Below, piece after piece: positions 28,175 to 41,800 of a stretch of 64,000 bases of DNA. The notes under the pieces are model-generated. The model saw only the letters and a list, made by a program, of their open reading frames with translations. It did no database searches and was not told the origin of the DNA. Positions within the stretch are counted from its first letter, which is position 1, and each line of letters starts with the position of its first letter. The DNA lies in the NCBI GenBank assembly GCA_951406725.2, contig OX597815.1:111228001-111292000 (forward strand). The letters are read 5' to 3'. Origin of the DNA: Octopus vulgaris. Taxonomy: Eukaryota. The position numbers were made by a program, and so were the translations under genes.

Positions 28175-28498
28175 ATAATAAGAAACAAGGATATCCAAGG
28201 TAGTGTAGTAAAATCGTTTCATGCTACTTCATTTTATTTAACACTGTAAGAATTCCATCAGTTTTAAAATGTCGAGCAATCTTCAGCCACATATAGATTT
28301 TTTTAAATTAAATGGACAATGTACATTTTTATACTTACAGTGTATAATAAAATGATGAAGAATGAAACGATTGTACTACAATACCTTGGGTATCCTTGTT
28401 GTTTATCGTGATTATAATCACCCCACTTGATTTATATGGATAATAGAATACCAAATTCCGGCGCTCTTAACTTAAGTACCATATTCATCTGAATCGAT
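28172..28498. mobile_element. Fold-back PLE-like element between (TA)n tracts
   Basis: 28172-28250 is inverted relative to 28334-28412. It carries GAAAC-GATT-GTA, with CTGATG on the minus arm, and is homologous to 2318-2460. Confidence 0.6.
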
Positions 28499-28509
28499 AT
28501 ATATATATG

Positions 28510-28572
<63 letters not shown>

Positions 28573-28963
28573 GCGGACGCTAAATGATGATGATGATGAT
28601 GTATATATATATATATATATTATGTATATATATATGAATACATGTAGATATATGTATATAGTATATAGTATATAATATTAATATGTGTGTGTATGCGTAT
28701 GTATGTATGTATGCACGTATATATTTTTTGATAAATGGTAGATAAACAATATCAATGACATTTCGAAAATTCATTTCCTATACGCCTTAAAAAATCCACG
28801 TGTTATTATAGAAGTATTTAACAGAATATTTCTACACATAATGAATATTATATTTTGAAGGGTATTTTTGGAGATATGAATCTTCAATAAACGAAATTAA
28901 AGAGAAGACACCAATATTTAAAGACAGATAACAATGGAATACGAATAGTTCCTACTCCAGTAA

Positions 28964-30298
28964 TCTCTCTATATATAAAACTGAGAATGTGTGTTTGTCT
29001 GTTTGTCTGTCTGTGTGTTTCCCTAAAACTTGAGAACTACACGACCAATTTCATTCAAATTTTACACATGCCTTACTTAGGGTCCGGGGAGTGTCATCGG
29101 CAAACAAATGTTCAACCTCTTGTCTAGGACGAGCCCATGGCAATATCATATCTTCTCCACTATTTCACTATTACGTGATAAAAATGAAACAAAAACATTT
29201 CTCTATTCTATGTCAGATGCTTTCACTTTAACAATAAAAATAATAATAACAATTGAATTATATGTAGTATGTAATAATTAAAATCAAACTAAAGTATTAT
29301 AAAATCGTAACATAACAAAAGTAAAAATAGCAGTTGGTATAAAATTGCACTTGAATAAGTGGTTTCACATAAATGGGAATAAATTAAAAATAAAATTAGT
29401 GTGCAGAAATGGAATAGTCCAGATGGAGGTGTGCACATACCTTTTACCACAGCTTTTACATTAGATTATCTGCTAATTATTTAGCATTAAGTATCTATAT
29501 GAAGTTTGGCTGTATATAATGTCTGTTTTCTTGAACAGCCACCTCTACTGAGTACTGCTGTTGGTTTATTTCTTATACATATAGGACTATAGCTTCAACT
29601 GCGTACTGCTATTTGATGCACCCTGTTTGGGGACACGATTCAATTTCGACAATATTTTCACCGTTTATACGGAAGCATTTTTTAAAAATGTCTTCGATAG
29701 AAGAAAGTCCAAAAATGAATTTCGCTGCAGCCGTCGGCGGGCGCGAACTCATTAAAATTGAAATGGAAGAAATGCAAACCTATTTCGGATTGATCACTGA
29801 TAAAGACGGTGAATCTAGGATAACACCACCAAACGAAATAAAAAATTAAATTAAAGAAAAGACTATTGTCTATAAAGTATACAATGTAGAGAAAAAAGAT
29901 TTGAACACCTGGAGGAAAGCACCTTCGAAAAGTGTCTTGGTGCGACTATGAAAGATATCAAGTATCTAACCAGAGGCGGTAAATTCCCCACAATAGAAGC
30001 ACTGTTCGAGTCAACGGAGCGTGCAAAGGAGTACTCGACTCGAACCTTACAAAGTGGAAATATCTTATTTTTACCTTTATATCTGGGACGTAGGACGTCC
30101 CGGATAAAAATTTAAAATGTCCCCCCAGAAGTAGAGGTAGGCTGGATTGTAGCCACACTTCTATGCAAGAGGGAGGACAAGATGCAATTGATGGAAATTG
30201 CAAGAGATGGGCCTACAATCCCAGTCTGTTATATATTTTGAGTATTGTTATCACTAGCGATATCAAGATATAAATTTGTATTTTGTATTTTATGTGTA

Positions 30299-30361
<63 letters not shown>

Positions 30362-30436
30362 GTGTTATGTACACATATATTTACACATATACATGCACTA
30401 GCACTATGACCCGGCAACGATGGGTCATAATGCTAG
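28964..30436 (+). mobile_element. Non-autonomous Helitron carrying a captured retroelement ORF1 fragment
   Basis: A|TC 5' end, (GTCT)n near the 5' end, 3' hairpin tatgaccc-ggcaacgat-gggtcata followed by CTAG|T, no TSD; second copy at 48385-48972. Confidence 0.8.
29688..30210 (+). pseudogene. Gag-like LINE ORF1 N-terminal fragment inside the Helitron
   Basis: MNFAAAVGG...YLTRGGKFPTIEALFESTERAKEYSTRTLQSGNILFLPLYLGRRTSRIKI*NVPPEVEVGWIVATLL aligns by eye with the ORF1 at 57480-57810 (-). Confidence 0.7.
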
Positions 30437-31299
30437 TATACAAATAAAAAGAAAATATGACAGCAAGGATTAAATATCGATTAAATATTTTTTTAAACTC
30501 ATAAAACAAAACACGTGATTGTTGTGCAGGTCTGATACTTGAAACATGGAGACTACAAATCAATTTAATACTGAGTACAGACAGCGAAATATATCTAACT
30601 GATGTGTAAACTAGAAACTATGCTAGATAACTAGGTCATAGGAAGTCACAATTGCATGTAAACTTATATAACAGCTGCTTATCAATTTAGAGCCATGTCA
30701 TTACCTTATTGTTCTCTCATATATAAGAGCATGGTTATCACCTTTCGGTCATTTTACAGACTTACACACTTTTGCACTGATACGGTAATGACTGGTGCCT
30801 TTTGCCTTGTGTGATCAGAGCTTACCACTCAAATTGAGGCATTCCTTTATACCATCATGTATCTTTCATCGGACGTTTTATCTTGCACAGCTGTGGTCAA
30901 ACAGCGTGTACTGCGTAATAGATATGTTAAGAGAGATTTTCAAAACCAAGCAATGCTTGTGCTTGATGCCTTTTGAAGTGAGGAATGACTTTGCCCAACT
31001 GCAATGTCAATGTCTAAACGTATGCATGTGCCCCAAAAGAAGGACTAATTTACATCAAACTAAGTCAGAGCTATTATTTCATATTTTCTCTTCTAGAGAG
31101 TTGTATAAACAAAGACTAGGGGGTCCAACTCCCTAGTGGCAATTGACTCAAATGAATCCGTTGGCCATTTGGCAGGTTTAGTTATTCATCCCTAAGGTCT
31201 CTAAGAAACACTCCCCCCTTCACATGTAGGTTTTGTAGGCTGCCATTGACGATTGCCCGATTTTCCTGTTCATTATGCTCGTCGGTGTTCAATCGGGTT

Positions 31300-31504
31300 T
31301 ATATCTAGATATGAACCCTATTGAACATCTCCAGGCATAATGAAGAAGGCACATCGTAGAAAGAACAAGAAAGCATCCTCAAAGCTAGACCATTTGCAAT
31401 TACTGCATGGAGCTTCGCAAGAAATTCCTCAAGAATATACTCGTCATCTAATCAGTAGCATGCCTATTATAATAAATGCGAAAACTAATTTCTGTGTCAG
31501 TGTA
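31300..31504 (+). pseudogene. Tc1-like transposase C-terminus and probable 3' TIR
   Basis: SLDMNPIEHL...LHGASQEIPQEYTRHLISSMP matches SPDLNPIEHLW...W..IP......LI.SMP. It ends tttctgtgtcagtg-TA. The element probably extends upstream to about 30570. Confidence 0.75.
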
Positions 31505-32149
31505 TCACACTTTGATCCCCTTTTTCACTATTCAATGACCCTTCTACTATTGCTCATGTCGGGGTAGAGTAATAGTAGGCAAAAAGATGGTGAGGGGTGG
31601 CGAAGACAGACGGAGAGAGAATGAGAGGAAAAGAGCAGGATAGAAAGAGAGACAAGAAATTTAGAGAGAGTTAATGTTTTATTAAACGTAGATGAGTTGA
31701 TGGTGGCAGTGGGAGTAATAATAACAGAGAGAGAAAGAGTGGGTATGTGAGAGAAATAGGGACTAAACACTGAACTAACATACTGAACAAGCACACACGT
31801 TTAGCGTTTTGTGATGGTAATGGGGTGAGAGAAATAGGATGAGGTGTAGTTGTGATAGAGGCAGAGGTGGGGGTGATGATAGTGGTGGTGGTAGTGGTGG
31901 TGGTGATGGTGGTAGCTGAGGCGGTTAGGAATTACGACACAAAGAACTCTATCACGGATATGATGCTGACAATCAATAAATTGCAGTTCCTTCAAACTCC
32001 TTTGAGCAAAGAGTCTTTGCAACTGAATGACAATATATTTCTTTTCTCAGTGTTCACACTCGCTATATCAGCGACAATCATCTCTACAGTTCCATAAATT
32101 TTATTAATTTAAAACAACCGATATTCCTTTCATAACAGGATCGACATTT

Positions 32150-33105
32150 CCGTTTGGTAATTGGACTGCTTCTAACTTAGCTTCTCTCAGTTCATTCTTT
32201 AAAACTAGCACTTGGTATTCTTAGTTATCAATACGTTTACCATTAAAATGCAATGACCAGTTGTCTAAATGTAGTGTTTTCTTAATTTTCCTTTTTTAGT
32301 TTAACAGCTTCTTTGATAGTCGATCTGCTTTTTGGATTGATAGCTTGGAAAACATTACTATCTTGGTTGCAGTTCCAGTTTTGTTATATTTCCTCCTTGT
32401 TTGTGTGGATGTTTCATCTGATTTTTCGGACTCTTGATATTCACTGTCAATCTCTGCTTCGGACGTCGGCGATGACACTGGAGTTTCTCTGGTTGAAGTC
32501 GGCATTAAGGACATTTTTCTTCTTTTGGATGGATGGATTGTTTTCGAAATGACTGCCGTTCCAGTTGCATACCCAAAGTGTCCCTTGCTTTCAATTTGAA
32601 GCTAATATAACCTTCTTCTCCTCACTGCACAGCCGTTCACCGTGTTCCTTTCTGATGTCAAAACTTTTTTTCAATAAATGCGTTTTACGCATTTATTCAG
32701 CACATATCTACTTGTATATTTTCAATTGATAGGTATAATATGGGATATCAAATTTCTTTTGCCATAAAAATGTTACTTCTTTTGAAATTTTCTTTGTTCT
32801 TTTTTTCATTCCTTTGATGGAACAGGTAGCGACCGACAATTTGAAATTTCATGGAAATAAAAAAAGGAGAGGACGAGGATATTTTCAAAATATCTATAAA
32901 TTATAACTCTATAAATTATAAACTGCTTAAACTTGAATGCTGAAATTTGAGATATACTGCTTTTGCATTGCATTAAGTCAGCACACCAAGTTTTGGCAAA
33001 AACTTGAATGGGCATTATGAAGACCCCTAGAATTTTGCATGATTTGGGTAAAAATTGGTGTTAGATTTCTTCAGTTGGGGGTGACATTTTTCAAAACCCT
33101 TAAAA
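32150..33105 (-). pseudogene. Broken ORF, probable 5' part of an unclassified DNA transposon
   Basis: Frameshifted coding-like run GERLCSEEKK/LY*LQIESKGHFGYATGTAVISKTIHPSKRRKMSLMPTST...YNKTGTATKIV...; no splice signals. Transposon origin is my recollection or inference. Confidence 0.4.
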
Positions 33106-34477
33106 TAAAGATTAGTTTCTCTGCTTATATAAAATTATTCACTGACTTCTGATACAAAAAAAGATAGATGAAAACTCTGTAGATAACATCATTTGTAACA
33201 TTGCACGCCATAACGGACATGAATATGCAACCGCACAAACTCCATTCCACATTCCTTCTGCAGTTAGTAGGATTTCATAAGTTGCAGGAGGGAGTGTAGA
33301 TCTTCCCTATGGAAAGCCATGACCTGATAAGATAACATACGGGCCTGATGGCCAACGACTGCACGATACTTGCATCATATGCTCTTCTTCAGAGGAAACT
33401 CCATCTTTTCATCTGAAGAATTCTTGACTACAATAATACCTTACATAATCTCAATTTGTGTGTACTGTGTAGGACCCTATCTTACACTCCCGGAACTCAA
33501 GTTACCAATGCTACCTCCATGGATGAGTGCATATATTCCAAAAGCCTGCAGTAACAATTGGTAGAAAAAAACGATATTTCATTTTGTTGTCATGAAGGAT
33601 ATTCACTTTCAAAGATATGCGTTTCAAACTTCTGCTGCGTTATAATCTCACATTCCACCTTAGATCGGGACATTCTACGCGCCCTACTCCTTACCGATAA
33701 TTCAATGAACCCACAAACACACTATGCATATATAAACCAAACATTAATGGAGTATTTCATAGACGTATGTGGTGGATATCTGGAACACGACGCTGTCTAA
33801 ATATCGCCAGAACGTTACTCCTGTCACAACGTATGTGATTGTATGAGACAGGTAAACGATTATTCATTCTGGAAAATAAATACTTAGCAGATCATTACAT
33901 GGAATTTGTATGTTTGGGTAGGCTAAAATATTTTCTGGTACATTGTATTAAAGTTACTTCAGATGATTGTGTAACTAGTATATTGTAACAATATACGTAA
34001 TACTATCTCTGTCAAAGAAAAAGTTGGGATATTTATCTACACTAAGAGACTGTACAGAAACTATACAGAGACTATACACTGAAACTATACAGAAATGATA
34101 ATGTATGCTACGTGGATAAGCTTTTTCAAATGTAAGATTACACAGGATCTAATCAATCCCGTTTTAAGACGTTGGACATTGTTTATTGATCATAGAATGA
34201 AAATAAGCTATATATACACAGACTGTTTCAATTCATAATTTATTTGGGTAATAATTTATTCTCATTATGAGAATATTCATATAAATATATTATAGTTATA
34301 TTTGCAAATTAAGCAATTTTAACTCTGAATATTTTTTCCTGAATATGAATAATTTATTTACTGACGATTTCCAATTGTAAATCCAATGTAATCCATTTTC
34401 GTTTATCTCAATTAAATATAAATAATATATCCAGTGTTAATTTCGCGTTATTTCGCTTGATACTTGTTTGTAACAGG

Positions 34478-35247
34478 GCCGTGAGGTGGCAGAATCGTTA
34501 GCACGCCGGGCGAAATGCTTAGCGGTATTTCGTCTGCCGTTACGTTCTGAGTTCAAATTCCGCCGAAGTCGACTTTGCTTTTCATCCTTTCGGGGTCGAT
34601 TAAATAAGTACCAGTTACGCACTGGGGTCGATATGATCGACTTAATCCATTTGTCTGTCCTTGTTTGTCCTCTCTGTGTTTAGCCCCTTGTGGGTAGTAA
34701 AGAAATAGGTATTTCGTCTGCCGTTACATTCTGAGTTCAAATTCCGCCGATGTCGACTCTGCCTTTCCTACTTTCGGGGTCGATACATTAAGTACCACTT
34801 ACGCACCGGGGTCGATATAATCGGCTTAATACGTTTGTCTGTCCTTGTTTGTCCTCTCTGTGTTTAGCCCCTTGTGGGTAGTAAAGAAATAGAAGTAGGT
34901 ATTTCGTCTGCCGCTATGTTCTGAGATCAAATTCCGCCGAGGTCGACTTTGCCTTTCATCCTTTCGGGGTCGATTAAATAAGTACCAATTACGCACTGGG
35001 GTAGATATAATCGACTTAATCCATTTGTCTGTCCTTGTTTGTTCCCTCTGTGTTTAACCCCTTGTGGGTAGTAAAGAAATATGTATTTCGTCTGTCTTTA
35101 AGTTCTGAGTTCAAATTCCGTCGAGGTAGACTTTGCCATTCATCCTTTCGGGGTCAGTAATTTAAGTACCAGTTGCGTACTGGGGTCGATCTAATCGACA
35201 AACCCCTCTCCCAAAGTTTCGGGCCTTGTGACTATAGTAGAAAAGGA
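34478..35247 (+). mobile_element. Tandem tetramer of SINE family 2 units
   Basis: One head (gtgaggtggcagaatcgttagcacgccgggcgaaatg), then four units of about 185 bp each with ttcaaattccg...gcctttcatcctttcggggtcgat...aagtaccag. Confidence 0.9.
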
Positions 35248-36132
35248 TACTTCTTTGTAGCATATTTTGTTGCGATTGAACAAGTTTAAATTGAATATAT
35301 GAAACAATGCGTGGCTGTGTATGGAAGATATGAATAATAATGGAGCAAAGAATAAAATGGAAAGGCCATGAATGAAATATAAAATGCAATGTTCAATAAT
35401 ATTCGTGATAGACCAATTATTATGACATGAAACTTTTAAAAGCCCATTTTCCCATCAAAATGAATGTGGGCTATTAATATTAATTATCTATAATAACAGT
35501 AGATTAAACTCAGTACAATCTCTAGTGGTGATTGTAAGCGATTATAGTAAAAAAACACGAATGCCTCTTTAACTGTCACCTTCTCATTGTGTTGAAAATA
35601 TTTACGACCATAGCGTAGGGAAATCATAACGTCCTCCTAGAATAGTCATAATGCCAAATATTCAGTGTTACTCAATATATCTCTTCTGAGATAAATAAAA
35701 GACTAAAAAAAATTGCACCGGGAAAGAGTAATGAATTTCAAAGATCGTTCATATTTAATTTCCGAAATATTATAGGACTATCAAAACATTTCCTCATACG
35801 CTGAATCGATGCAATGTGATTAGAAATATATATGAGATTCTGATTCATCGCTTATAACAATTATTTCCTATGAAAAAATTTATCCATTTACTCGACAATT
35901 AATTATGTTTTATAGAGGTTATGACAGTTATTCTTAAAACATATTTCTTTCACAATTTAGAAAGTATATACTCACACATGCGTATCCATGTATTCAGTAA
36001 AATGACATATATTTACACCACAAGATACGTGATAACTAGTCTTAGTTTGGCATTTTCTTGAAAGTAATAAAAAAAATCATTATATATGTAATGTACTATT
36101 TAATGTTATGATATAAAGCCTCTAAAGTTATA

Positions 36133-36546
36133 TACATGCATACATAATACATACATACATACATACATACATACATGCATGCATGCATACATACATACAT
36201 GCACACATACATACATACATACATACATACATACATGCACACATACATACATACATACATGCATGCATGCATACATACATACATACATACATACATGCAC
36301 ACATACATACATACATGCATGCATGCATGCATACATACATACATACATACACACATACATACATACATACATACATACATACATACATGCACACATACAT
36401 ACATACATGCATGCATGCATACATACATACATACATACACACATACATACATACATACACACATACATACATGCATACATACATACATACATACATACAT
36501 ACATACATACATACATACATACATACATACATACATGCATGCATAC
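36133..36546. repeat. Compound (CATA)n/(CATG)n microsatellite
   Basis: Tetranucleotide array; it explains the six overlapping HTYI/MYVC ORFs. Confidence 0.95.
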
Positions 36547-37239
36547 AAATATACACGTTACGTGTAGGCAACAGATGCCTGGGAGAAAGGAAATATGCGT
36601 TATCTTTCTTACCTCGAAGGAAGTATTTTGATATATTACATTCTGTTTCGAGAACTGTGTTTCTCATCAACGATTGTAAAATGATACAATCCAGTCGAAG
36701 GAAAAGTTATCTTAAAGTGCTCAACGCAGCCGTAACTTCCCAATGCACTTCACGCTGGTTAAGTGTAGAGTCACTACTAAGAGGAGTACATTAACAGTAG
36801 CTCCAAACAAATATTTTTCCAAAACATTCAAGGAAGTGTGGAGTAATTACTGCCAAAGCAATAATTTTAAAGAGTAAGAGACTGCAAAAAAAAGTAACAC
36901 ACGTCAGGAGGTGTAAGGAGAATAAAATTAATTTTATAATCAGCCATAGAAAGCTCTCCGTCATACGAAGTGAGAATTCAAATTGGCCGCAATAGAAACA
37001 TATACGCGAACATCCACAACGTATATCTAAAGAGATGAAAACAAATATTTGAAGGAAAACTTCCCTCCAAATGTTAAACAGAATATGGAATTAGTTTCCT
37101 AGTCACACACACACATACACGCACACGCACGCACACACACACACACACACGCACACACACACACACACACAACACACACATATATATACATATAAATTAT
37201 TTTATTTGCTAAATATACAAATTATTGATATATATACAA

Positions 37240-37440
37240 ATTTATTTGCTAAAAATATCAGAAACCATGGTCCATGAGTTAGATGGTAAATGTTTTTATT
37301 TTTCATTATCTTCGAAGTTTTATTTCTTATAATGGGTTCGACTTTGTCTGTTCCTTCTACCGAACAAGGAATCCTATGGCGGATACCTCTTATGTGTTTA
37401 AATCTACACTGTATTTATATGAACAATATATAGTCTATTG
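37240..37440 (+). mobile_element. PLE-like terminal fragment with the 3' half of a hammerhead
   Basis: GAAAC-CATG-GTC at 37261-37272 (palindromic ACCATGGT); homologous to 13620-13800. Confidence 0.55.
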
Positions 37441-37444
37441 ACGA

Positions 37445-37702
37445 TGATGGTCCAGTGACAAGGAAGTGAAAACTGTAGTGAAGAAGTGGCTCAAAGTACA
37501 GTCAACAGAATTTTACAGCGAAGGGATACATGCTCTCATTAGAAGGTGGAACATTGCTAATGAGAGAAACGCTGACTATGTTGAGGAAGAGAGATGTGAT
37601 CTATAGAGGACCAACTTCATTTTGATGTATAATACATGTTCCTGTGTTGGTGATTATAGCTGTCCTAAACAAAATGGCATTACTTTTTGACTTCCCCTCG
37701 TA
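37445..37702 (+). mobile_element. mariner transposon 3' end (transposase C-terminus and TIR)
   Basis: SSDKEVKTVVKKWLKVQSTEFYSEGIHALIRRWNIANERNADYVEE is a typical mariner C-terminus; TIR gcattactttttgacttcccctcg-TA. Confidence 0.85.
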
Positions 37703-38545
37703 CATATATGTACACACACACATACATATATAAATGTATATTTATATACATACACATATATGTACACACACACACACACACACATATATATACACACACA
37801 CACGCGCATATATATATATATATAATTAATATAAACAGCAGTTTACAATGTTTCACCAAAATGGAGAATCATAATTGTCACTAAATGTGAAGGGGTCATT
37901 TGGAAACACCAACATTGCTAGAAATAATAGGTAAACCACTCTAATACTGTAATTGACGCACATGTTAACGCGCATAAATGAAAACATATGCACTAACAAT
38001 GACCGTAATCATTCGATATGTACTGATTGAGTATTCTTAATACTGTCTCATCAGTTACGCCCGTTCGATTGTTCAAGTCCTTTCGGATTCACTTCGCCAT
38101 AAGTATTTATGTTTTTCTCATCCAAATTATTGGATGATTTAAGGATTCGCTAGTATATATATATAAAATTAATATAAACAGCACTCTAGTTACACTTAGA
38201 GACAATTATAATTTTCCTTCTTGATCAAACATTGCAAGCTGCTGTTTATTTTAAAATATAAATCCTAATGGCGATGCGGGTCCGAAAGGAACCGAATAAT
38301 TGGGCTGGCTTAACTAATGAAGCAACGCAATTTGCGTCAGTATTAACAGTTCTTGATCGGCATTTTACGGAGGGTTATGGTCTCTGTTAATGTATGTTTT
38401 CTTTCATGTGTGTTAACAATAGCATTAGAGCGGTTTAGCTCTTATTTCTAGCAATGTGACTGTTTTCCCACGACCTAGTCACATTTAGAAACAATTACAT
38501 ATATACATATACATACGTATAGGTACATATATCTATACGTATATA

Positions 38546-39100
38546 TGAACATGCATATGTGGGCACAGGATGTCACGAAACGTGTACAACAAAAATATGA
38601 AGTACGAGTATATGGGATATGAACTATGTTTTCCAACAACGAAAGACACAGATGGAAAACAAGACAAACAACACAAAGAACGACCCTTCATCAGTTGTTG
38701 GCTATTTTTTCTACTCCCGTACTTCCAGCATTTAACAACAAAATACGCTTTCGATAAAACAGTTGCTCCCGCAAAGCAAATTAAACAAAATTTGGGATTT
38801 TGCGGAGGGTCAAAATTGGTAACACAAACAAGACATTATTCTATCCTATTACTCTTTCGTTTTTTCTCTTTTCCTTCCTTCCCTTCTCCCCCTCCTGTTT
38901 TATCCCTTATCGTATCATGCTGTTAAATGCTAGAAATACGAGAGTAGAAAAACAGCCAACAACTGATGAAGGGTCGTTCTTGTCTGTCTCGTTTTCCATT
39001 TGTGTCTTTCGTTGTTGGAAAAATAGTTCATATTCCATGTATTCCTACTTCGTATTTTTTGTTGTACACGTTTCGTGACGTCCCGTGCCCACATATGCAT
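38546..39100. mobile_element. Fold-back repeat with about 190 bp arms, PLE-like
   Basis: 38546-38745 is inverted relative to 38918-39100. The arms contain CTGATGAAGGG, are flanked by TA/TACA repeats, and belong to the same family as 15120-15410. Confidence 0.7.
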
Positions 39101-40449
39101 GAATATATACGTATGGACGTAACTATGTGCATACACGTATGTATATATGCATATATATATGATTTATATTATATATATATATATATGTATGTGCGTGTGT
39201 ATGTGTGTAAGTATGTATGTATCAAAACAAAGATGGATTAAGAAAGGATTAGTAATACCTCTTAAACTCTCGATAGATATAAACACACCAGGCTAAAAAG
39301 ATAGTATTGTGAACTGTATTTTACTCCAAGTAATCCGAAATCGAAGTCAACCATCAGTTAGATCCATTGTTCCTTTCTTTTTTTGTTTTCCTTTGATAGC
39401 TGCTTTGTTTCGAAACTGAAGATGATAGCTTTGGTGAGTGGTTTCTCAAATTTTCAGTCGATCAATCGATCGGTTGATAAGATTGAACTTTCTACACACT
39501 CAAACGCATATCTAAAATAATTTAAAGCCAATGATAAACATATCAATGTATATATCCAATTATTTCGTTTTATTTTATACATGTACACACAGACACCCCA
39601 TACGCATACATACACACTACATACGCATACCCATAATTAAATATCATAAAAAATTGCGATCTTATTGAGTGTATCAAAGTTTTATAGTCTCCAAATTCGT
39701 ATCATATATCTACAGTCTGATTCAAGAGGACATGCGTTAACCGATGTGTTTTAAAGCAAGGTTAAGTAGTTGTATTTGTTTTCGCTTCGAACACTCAAAT
39801 TATTCTTGGAAATATTCAGTTCATTAAAATCACAAATTAGTAAATTAATTAGAGGGTATATGTTGCTTATGAAACATTGAATCTCTTAAATTATAAAATT
39901 GAAATTAATGAAAGTACTGAACATGGTATGTTAGAATTAAGGACAAACAATATGGAAGAGAATAATGTATGAAGCTATACTTTTCTCGCAATATAATTGA
40001 AAGTCAATACTATACATACCAAATTGTGGATACACCAAATTTCTTTACATCTATTCGCCCTTCTAATTTATATGAACATACTTGTACGTAGTCTTGTGCG
40101 TAGTAGAAGTCGGATGCTCCCAACATTGAATTGAAATTATATGTGTATTATGATCATTCCGTAGGTATACTTCTGGAATGAAAAGTGTTTGAGAGCAATA
40201 CCGCTTGTGAATTACCCTTCGATCATGCGAATATAGACATTTAGGGTTTCAGAATTGATGAGTTTCAGAATTGATGAGTTAACTTTTACTTTGTAGTAGG
40301 CAAATGCAGTAAAATGAGATGGTGATGATTTCATGATTTCATTTACCAATCAGTTGTATGGAAGTGCTTAATGATTTACAAATCTAGAGAGGTTTTGGTA
40401 CATTAAACTTAACACTTACTAAATAGGATTTTATACAGAATATTTGGCA

Positions 40450-41800
40450 GCTGGCTCCCGGTTTCTGAGGATAGTCTAAGTATTTGTGATTATCGCGAAA
40501 CGTGCGATATCATCTGTGAAATCGAGGTCGGTGAGACACGATGCTAGATGACGCAATCTTCGTCGAGAATGAAGAGTTATATATAGTTCAGATAGTATAG
40601 CTTGCCATTGTACATAGTCCAAGACTCTCATGAGATCTCCATCTTGGTGATCTCATATATTTACTGCGAATGTGTCGGTGTCTCTGTTAGTCGCGCTAAA
40701 CTTTGGCAGGCTGCATACATAGAGCGGAGAGCATTTACAACTTCATTTGGTATGCCATAGGCTGAGAGAATCTGAAATGTCAGCTAACGGTGGTGAGATT
40801 AAACAGTTTTGTGAACGCCACGAAAACGGCGGACAAAGACGTATATTTATTTTCTGAGATGGTTTCAACGAGTCACCTTGAGTTAAAATAGGTTCAGGGT
40901 GGAGTGGCTTCCACGATAACTGCTTTGGTTTGATTTGAGCTGTGTTTTAATAGGATCTCGGATGCGATACATTGAAGAATCTGGCTGAGCATGACATCAG
41001 GCTGGTACCATGATACTGGCCGCATTGTAATAAATCTCCCTTTCTTTAGAACAAGAATATGTTTCAGCTTGAATTTCGATGGGGGCTGACTGATGAGTAA
41101 GTAAGATTTAGAATAGTAAGAATTAAAGGAAATAGCTCGTGATTCCGAAGGATCTCTTGAGGAACACCGTCAAATTTGTCGATCTTGAACTGTTTAGGTA
41201 ATTTCACCAGTGGGAATATTTATGGGCAGCGGTGGTATTGGTGTCACAACAAAGTTGTCTATGGGAGATATGTTGCTCCCTAGCAGCTTTTCAATGTGGG
41301 GTTTACAGTCAAGGAATCTATGTTGTGAGTTATTTGCCTTTATTTTTGACGCTATTATTGAAGTTAGTCTTTCCGTAACCAGCTTGAAGGCAAATACCAA
41401 AACCAGTGGCAGAAATACTGGTGTTAATAATCTTAAACTTTTAACGGGGTCCATTGGATCAGTTACTTATTTCTGCAACCTAGGGTTTTGTATTCCCTAT
41501 ACCAGCACAGACGTTACGATTCATAAACCGATAACATGGTCAGCATTCGGCAAGTAATAGAAAATTTGGAAGGCATCATATCTGACACATGCTCTAAATC
41601 TATGCACATGTTCATACTACAGTAGAATCTATTTCAGTTCTAGGGCTCTTAATGCTGGCCTCTGAAGGTGTCCATACATCGATCGCTAGACAGCACATAA
41701 ACTCGACTTCACCTCTAGATATGTCTCATGCCGATCATATATCAAGCAATTCATTCACTATATGGATCTTTACTTCTTGTCATCCACATGATCAAAGACG
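40450..41800 (+). pseudogene. Highly degraded RTE-like LINE RT and C-terminal region
   Basis: GDML.P near 41265, then VTYFCNLGFCIPYTSTDVTIHKPITWSAFGK**KIWKAS (F.YLGS.I...D...RK..AW.AF.KL.KIWKS motif); many stops; 5' boundary approximate. Confidence 0.5.

Noticed and set aside
33200-33850. Coding-looking, higher-GC stretch with short ORFs
   Set aside because: No recognisable motif or consistent frame. It is probably an old TE relic, but I cannot support a call.
34478-35247. Regularly spaced repeats suggesting a CRISPR array
   Set aside because: The units are about 185 bp and homologous along their whole length, with no unique spacers and no cas genes. This is a eukaryotic SINE multimer.
36096-36794. 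Six long overlapping ORFs (130-203 aa)
   Set aside because: They are translations of a stop-free (CATA/CATG)n microsatellite. The same applies to the HT, YI, CV and poly-I/Y ORFs throughout the window.
38955-38975. Complete hammerhead in the 38546-39100 / 15120 family
   Set aside because: CTGATGAAGGG is present, but I cannot find a correctly placed GAAAC...GTH with pairing stems in these copies.
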